64,000 nt of DNA from the human T2T-CHM13v2.0 reference genome, Homo sapiens: assembly GCF_009914755.1 (NCBI RefSeq), contig NC_060939.1. One strand, written 5' to 3'. The position numbers and the translations under genes were made by a program. This document shows, piece after piece, positions 12,001-64,000 of this stretch (positions are counted from its first letter, which is position 1; each line of letters begins with the position of its first letter). The notes beneath the pieces were generated by a model. It ran no database searches and had not been told where the DNA came from. It saw only the letters and a list, made by a program, of their open reading frames with translations.

Positions 12001-13346
12001 TGCCCCATCCTTACTCTCCCCTCTCTGTTGGCCGCTGTCTGGCTCCATCCCATTTCTGTGGGTACAGCTTCTGGTGTTTCTTGTCCTGTCTGCTCCTGTC
12101 GCAGGTCCGTAAGTCACACCCCTGATGGTGAGACCCTCCTGCTAACCTTCATGATTTCCTTGTGACTCACTTGCCCATTCAGTGGCTTCTGAACTTGGGG
12201 CTGGCCGTCTCCTCTGGACCTTGTTTGTGTGGTGTTGGGGAGGCCGTTGGAAGAGAAGCCAAGAGGAAGGGACTGAGGGCAAGTGGGGGGTGCAATGCTG
12301 AGGGCTAGGTCTCTCCTGTTCTGAGTGTCTTGGGTGCGGAGGCCTGAAAGGGCTACATGCTGGGCCTCACTGAGCTGTATCCGTCTCTTTCAGAGCCAGC
12401 GGTGAGCCTGGAGCAGTGTGAGCAGCTGGTGGCAGAGCTCCGCGGCAGCGTGCGCCAGGCAGTGCGGCTCTACCACTCGGTGGGTGTTAGGTGCCCCCCG
12501 GCAGGAAGGCGGGCACGTCAGTAGTGCTGGGTGTTTCGGATAACCATGTCCAGAACAGTATGCTAAGCCTCTTGTGCTGACAGGATGGCACACTCAAGAA
12601 CATCTTGGGCAGCACAGGTGAGGGGGTTAGAGGCCAGGCTAGCCTCTTGTACCGGGCACCTGCGGTCATTTCTGGTTAAGAGCTGGAGACTTCCCTCAGG
12701 AGGTGAGGCCTGAAGAGACCACACCTCCTAGTTGGCTCAGGACAATCCCAGTTTATGTCGTTGTCCCAGTGTAATTATTAATGGCATCCTTTTTCATATC
12801 CATGAATTATTTGGCCCCCTTAGACATAGGGGACAGTCCAAGAAGGCCCAAACTTTGAAAGAGAAAGCAGATTCTGCCGGAGTTGTCATAAGGAGTTGCT
12901 TATAAGATGTAGACGGTTCTGCAATCCAATGGGTTCCTCCTTGGGCGTCACCCCCAGAGTCTGCCTGCATCCCATGTTCCCTGGCCATACATGCTGATCT
13001 TGGCGGGTAGAGTTCCCAGCTAGTCCCTTCTGAGGCAGGCTGGACCCAGGTGGGGCCCCTCCCTTTTATATGTCTGTTGACAGGCTCCTCCACCTCACTT
13101 CTGGGGGTGCTATTTCAGGTGGCTGGCTGCAAGATGCCCTCAGCAGAGCAAAGTCGGATTGCCCAGCTCCTCAGAGACACCTTCTCTTCAGTGCGACAGG
13201 AGCTGGAAGCTGTGGCTGGGGCAGTGCTGTCCAGCCCAGGCAGCAGCCCTGGGGCTGTGGGAGCCGAGCAGACACAGGCCCTGCTGGAGCAATACTCAGA
13301 ACTGTTGCTTCGAGCCGTGGAACGGCGTATGGAACGCAAACTCTGA
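1..13346 (+). CDS. MAPKBP1: MAPK-binding protein 1 (WD40 scaffold, JNKBP1), 3' part; begins upstream of window
   Basis: Phase-consistent exons: 1-36, 425-562, 828-1010, 1239-1256, 1530-1690, 2459-2648, 3168-3314, 3533-3708, 4468-4559, 4819-4944, 5297-5367, 5523-5644, 5918-5993, 6103-6214, 6428-6491, 6732-6866, 7155-7288, 7505-7560, 8742-8978, 9494-9660, 9875-10020, 10135-10332, 10503-10587, 10849-11132, 11357-11971, 12394-12479, 13119-13346 (TGA). WD40 motifs ([31 protein letters not shown]), then a Pro/Ser-rich region and C-terminal helix ending ...[13 protein letters not shown]. Confidence 0.97.
1239..1256 (+). CDS. MAPKBP1: 18-nt in-frame microexon (NIDSFT) of MAPKBP1
   Basis: Long pyrimidine tract ...ccgctcAG | AAC ATA GAC AGC TTC ACA | GTAAGT; phase 0/0, matching its neighbours. 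Confidence 0.88.
1830..2290. mobile_element. probable ancient LTR fragment, family not assigned
   Basis: AT/GT-richer block unlike the surrounding intron, resembling old ERV LTRs; recognised by impression only. Confidence 0.3.
2850..3000 (+). mobile_element. MIR SINE fragment
   Basis: Core 'cttggacaagtta...gcctcagtttcctcacctgtaaaatgg'. Confidence 0.8.
3815..4380 (+). mobile_element. ancient L1 (L1MC-type) 3' end fragment
   Basis: AT-rich; 'caccaagtgatcaaggttaacatc', 'ggaaaactggtgaaatttgaataaggtc', ending 'gcaacttttctctaagcctaaaagttcaaaaaaa'. Confidence 0.75.
7008..7130 (+). repeat. degenerate ~20-bp tandem repeat, about 6 copies (ttgagtctcctctccccct)
   Basis: Directly visible repeated units just upstream of the 7155 acceptor. 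Confidence 0.85.
8476..8680 (+). mobile_element. MIR SINE fragment
   Basis: 'agagcatgaactctggagccagac...cttcagtctcctcatctgtaaaac'. Confidence 0.8.
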
Positions 13347-14923
13347 GTTCTGGAAGCCTGTCCCAAGTGAATGAATGCTCCAGCGATTCCAAACTGCAGC
13401 CCCTCTGCCCCTCACCAAAACCTGCGGGGCTGCTTGGAGTGGAAAGCAGGGAGCAGTGTTCAGAGGCAAAGCAGCCTTCCCAGCCGCTCCTCGTGGGGGG
13501 CCTGTATTTATTAATTTATTTCCCTGACTGTTGCCTCACTTCCTTGGAACTCCTGCCTCCACAGCCCCTCCAGTGGCAGGGACAGGTCTTGGGTCTTTGT
13601 CATCTTGGTGCTGTGAGAGGTAGGAGGGCAGCCTGCCCCATCTAGGAATCTGGGAAGGGCTGGCCCTCTCTTAGAAGCCATTTGAAATTACTGCAGGGAT
13701 TAGCTCCCTGTGGTGGAGCATACACAGGGTACTCTGGGGTCGAGGTGAGAGGTGATGTGGTATTCAGTGCCCGTCAGCCAACTGTGGGCCTTCACCTCTA
13801 CCTGCACTTCCCCTCTCACACCAGCTGCACTCCCCTGGCTGCCAGAGCAGGGTGGTTTTCCCCAATACCTGGAGCTCAGAAAGGCAGAGCCATCTGGCCC
13901 TCCAGGGTGTCCCCAGCCATCAGGAGACTTGAGTTGGTATTTGGACCTGAGCCCGCACATTCCACTCCCATTCTCCCTCCAAGAGGGGCCCAGCATTGTA
14001 TTTCCCTGTGACCCCTTACTCTCCTGGCCAGAACTTGAGCCAGCTGTGGGATGTTGCTGCAGGACAGTAAGCCCTCACCTGGGCAAACATGAAGCTCTGG
14101 CCTCCTTTCCTCAGCCCCTTGTTCTTCCCTGTCCTCCACCCTGGACCCCAGCCGGCTGCTGGAGCCCAGAGGCCACCTTCTCCCTGCATCCTGAATGATG
14201 CTTAGTCAGAAGCCTGTGTTGGAACATCCCTCGTTTACGGGGCGCTGGCCTACCTCCTGAGGACCTCAGCCACAGATGAGATCACACGCATGCACGTGCA
14301 CACATGTACACACACACACCTACCTGCACAGCACGCTGTTGAGTGTTGGTTGCTAGAGTATCCGGCTGGCTGCTGTGTGCCTGGTTTCCTCACATCCTGC
14401 CTCAGCTTCACCACCCTGGCTTATGTGGAACACCTATCAGGGAGCAGAAAAGGGGTGCAGTACACTAAGTGAACCCAGATTCTGGATTCTTGGTGTCCAC
14501 AGCCTAGCTGATACGAGATAGCCCATAGGACACCTGGTTTAGGTAGAAGGAGCCTCCTCAAAGGCAGTGCTGGGCACCCACGGGTGTGCTGGATACTGGA
14601 GTTTGAGAGGAGGGAGGTGCTGGGGCCAAAGGAGACACTAGAAAAGTGGTAGATGGGACAGGTAAGTGGCAGAGGTGAGGGGGTAAGTTAGAATGTAAAA
14701 GGGCAGTAATTAGGGGTGAGGGAAAGGAGATAGGGGACCCTAGGAGGTAGAGTGGGACCATGTCGTGAGGCAGTTGAAGAGTTGAGGAAAGGTTTTTCTG
14801 GGCCCTACTGCTCCCCTCTGCTGCAGGTAAGTCAGAGCAGCTTTACCACAGCTTCAGGCCACGAGAGCCCCTTCACCCGCCCTGCTGCGCCATAGGCAGA
14901 GGCTTATAAAGAAATGGGTTCTG

Positions 14924-15230
<307 letters not shown>

Positions 15231-15746
15231 GGGTTACAAAAGGTTCCCAGCTCCGGGGCATCAGCCTGAGTGCGCTTGAGCTGCTCCAAACCTGGCCCTT
15301 CCCCACTACTCTAGCATTGCTACCCGCATGGCCCTGGAACTCCCGCGGCGGCGGGGGCGGGCCCGTGCCTGCTGTGCCCCGACTTCCCACACCAGCCGCG
15401 CCCACCGCAGGTGGGACTCAGGTTCACCCTCTGGGCCAGGTCCTTCACGAGGAGGGAGCTACCCTTCGCCAGAAGTTTGTGAGAATGTGGCCGCCCTTTT
15501 CCTGCCCTCTGCCCCATGTGGGTGGGGGGCCTCGTGGCCCGGCCGGCGCCCCGTCCCCTTCTGCATGTCTGAGGCCACCGGCAACCGCCGCCCCACTCCA
15601 GATTTGCCCCCGCCCTGTTTTGAAAGCCCCTTATTTATAACTTTTATACTTTGTGCAGGTCGCGGCGCTTCCTGCCTCATCCTCGGCTGCATGGGGCGGG
15701 GGCGCTGTTTTTAACGTGCCCGTTTGTACTGATGTATGAACTTGTC

Positions 15747-15752
15747 AATAAA
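15747..15752 (+). terminator. MAPKBP1 polyadenylation signal AATAAA
   Basis: AATAAA with two upstream TGTA (15725, 15733) and TTGTTTGTT downstream. Confidence 0.85.
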
Positions 15753-15860
15753 CACAATTGTTTGTTAACCCTGGGATGCCGGCCAGTGGGGCAGGCCGAA
15801 GCGGGCGCTGCCAGTCGCTCCACCGCTTCGGTGGCAGAACCCGGTGTGTGTCCAGGGGCA

Positions 15861-16014
15861 GGACGGGGCGGCGTGCTGGGGGTGTGGCCTGCGGCGGGTG
15901 CCTCTGGAAGGGCGGGGCGAGGGTCTGGGGGTGTGGCCTGCGGCGGGGACTCTGGGGAGGGCGGGGCGAGTGCTTGGGGTGTGGCCTGCGGCGGGGCGTC
16001 GGGGAAAGGCGGGG
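15861..16014 (+). repeat. ~49-bp G-rich tandem repeat, about 3 copies
   Basis: GGGGTGTGGCCTGCGGCGGG recurs at about 15878, 15927 and 15976. Confidence 0.9.
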
Positions 16015-16037
16015 TCTCGGCCGGCGCTGACGCAGCC

Positions 16038-35815
<19,778 letters not shown>

Positions 35816-36570
35816 TGGCCGGGGCCCCTGCCACCCCTAACTCTCATTCATTCCCTGGCTGCTGAGTTGCAGGTGGGAACTGTCATCACGCAGTGCTTCA
35901 GAGCCTCGGGCTCAGGTGGCACTGTCCCAGGGTCCAGGCTGAGGGCTGGGAGCTCCCTTGCGCCTCAGCAGTTTGCAGTGGGGTAAGGAGGCCAAGCCCA
36001 TTTGTGTAATCACCCAAAACCCCCCGGCCTGTGCCTGTTTTCCCTTCTGCGCTACCTTGAGTAGTTGGAGCACTTGATACATCACAGACTCATACAAATG
36101 TGAGGCGCTGAGACCATCTGTTATTACTGCTGAGAAGGGCCATGTCATTCTAGGCTCTTGGCTGTACATGGCAAGGGCTGGTACAGAGCTCGCTCATCAG
36201 TGTTCTTCCTCCGAAGAGCACATTCTCTGCACACGTCTGCGTCTACCTGTGCTCAGAGTCACCCCTTCCAAGCAAGGAGGAGGCCACATGGGCCTGGGGT
36301 AGCCCTGGCCTTGCCCACCTGCTCTGCCGTAACACGTCTCCTCTTCACCCAGACAGGAATGCAGGGGGAGGCCAGGCAATGGCTGTTTCCTGCCACATGG
36401 TAGGACCCATCTAACCAGAAGGAACTGTCTATTCCAGAAGCTGGGCCTGGGGAACTGGGTTGAAGCAGCCACGGGAAGGAGCCCTTTTGCCTGTAGCTGA
36501 GTCTTATTCTGGTCCCTTAGATGTGTCCTCGCTTGTGCCCCTGAAGTTTGGTGTTGCACTGGGGTTCACC

Positions 36571-63581
<27,011 letters not shown>

Positions 63582-64000
63582 CTGGAGTGGAGATAAAGGC
63601 CCAGGGAGTTTGGCTGAGCTGCTGGTACCACCAGTGGCCGCAGCAGGCTGGACCTGGGTGGCAGTGGAGGTGAGGGGGTGACCACAGCTGCACTCCACGG
63701 GCTGCCTGGAAGAAAGCAGTTCATGTGGCCCCAAAACTGCAGGTAGGGGGGCTTTCCTCTGACCCCTGCAAATAGAGCGGGGTGAGCCGGCATTAGGTTG
63801 GTGGCTGGGGAGAGCCGTGTTCTGGTAGAGGTGGCCGGCTCTGGGACTTGCCACGGAGAGTTGTAGGGGAAGGGATGGATGGCAGCAGCTTTGGGACTGG
63901 TTTGGGTGCCAAGGGGATGCCAGCAGCATCAAGGAGGCTTGCAGGGGGAGGTTCTAGGTTCACGCTGAGGCTGATTTTTCCTTCAAAGACTCTTCCATGA

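Noticed and set aside
14282-14319. CA/GC alternating tracts (also near 28910 and 57750) as Z-DNA elements
   Set aside because: Short, interrupted and commonplace.
15861-16014. Regularly spaced 20-bp repeats resembling a CRISPR array
   Set aside because: The spacers are themselves homologous (a 49-bp tandem repeat); mammalian promoter, no cas genes.

Overview
GC-rich primate genomic DNA, recognisable as the human chr15q15.1 locus (or a near-identical great-ape orthologue). On + lie the 3' part of MAPKBP1 (27 exons here, including an 18-nt microexon), JMJD7 (8 exons, 316 aa) and PLA2G4B (20 exons, 781 aa), plus the in-frame JMJD7-PLA2G4B read-through (1012 aa). On - lies the 3' part of SPTBN5 (47 exons), convergent on PLA2G4B. 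Exon boundaries were reconstructed by hand from splice signals and reading-frame continuity. Also present: MIR4310, a tailless 5S rRNA retrocopy, eight Alus, a MER52-type LTR and old L1/L2/MIR/MLT1/MER5 fragments (repeat boundaries approximate). No new protein-coding system is supported. The notable signals are in RNA processing and genome repair: two perfect CAG|GTAAGT U1 sites in the MAPKBP1 3'UTR and a strong one in the JMJD7 3'UTR; six GC-AG introns among 98 (four in SPTBN5); an LTR carrying copies of both of its own flanks; a 5S target-site duplication that doubled an intronic AATAAA ahead of the SPTBN5 PH-domain exons; and convergent 3' ends with no canonical poly(A) signal.
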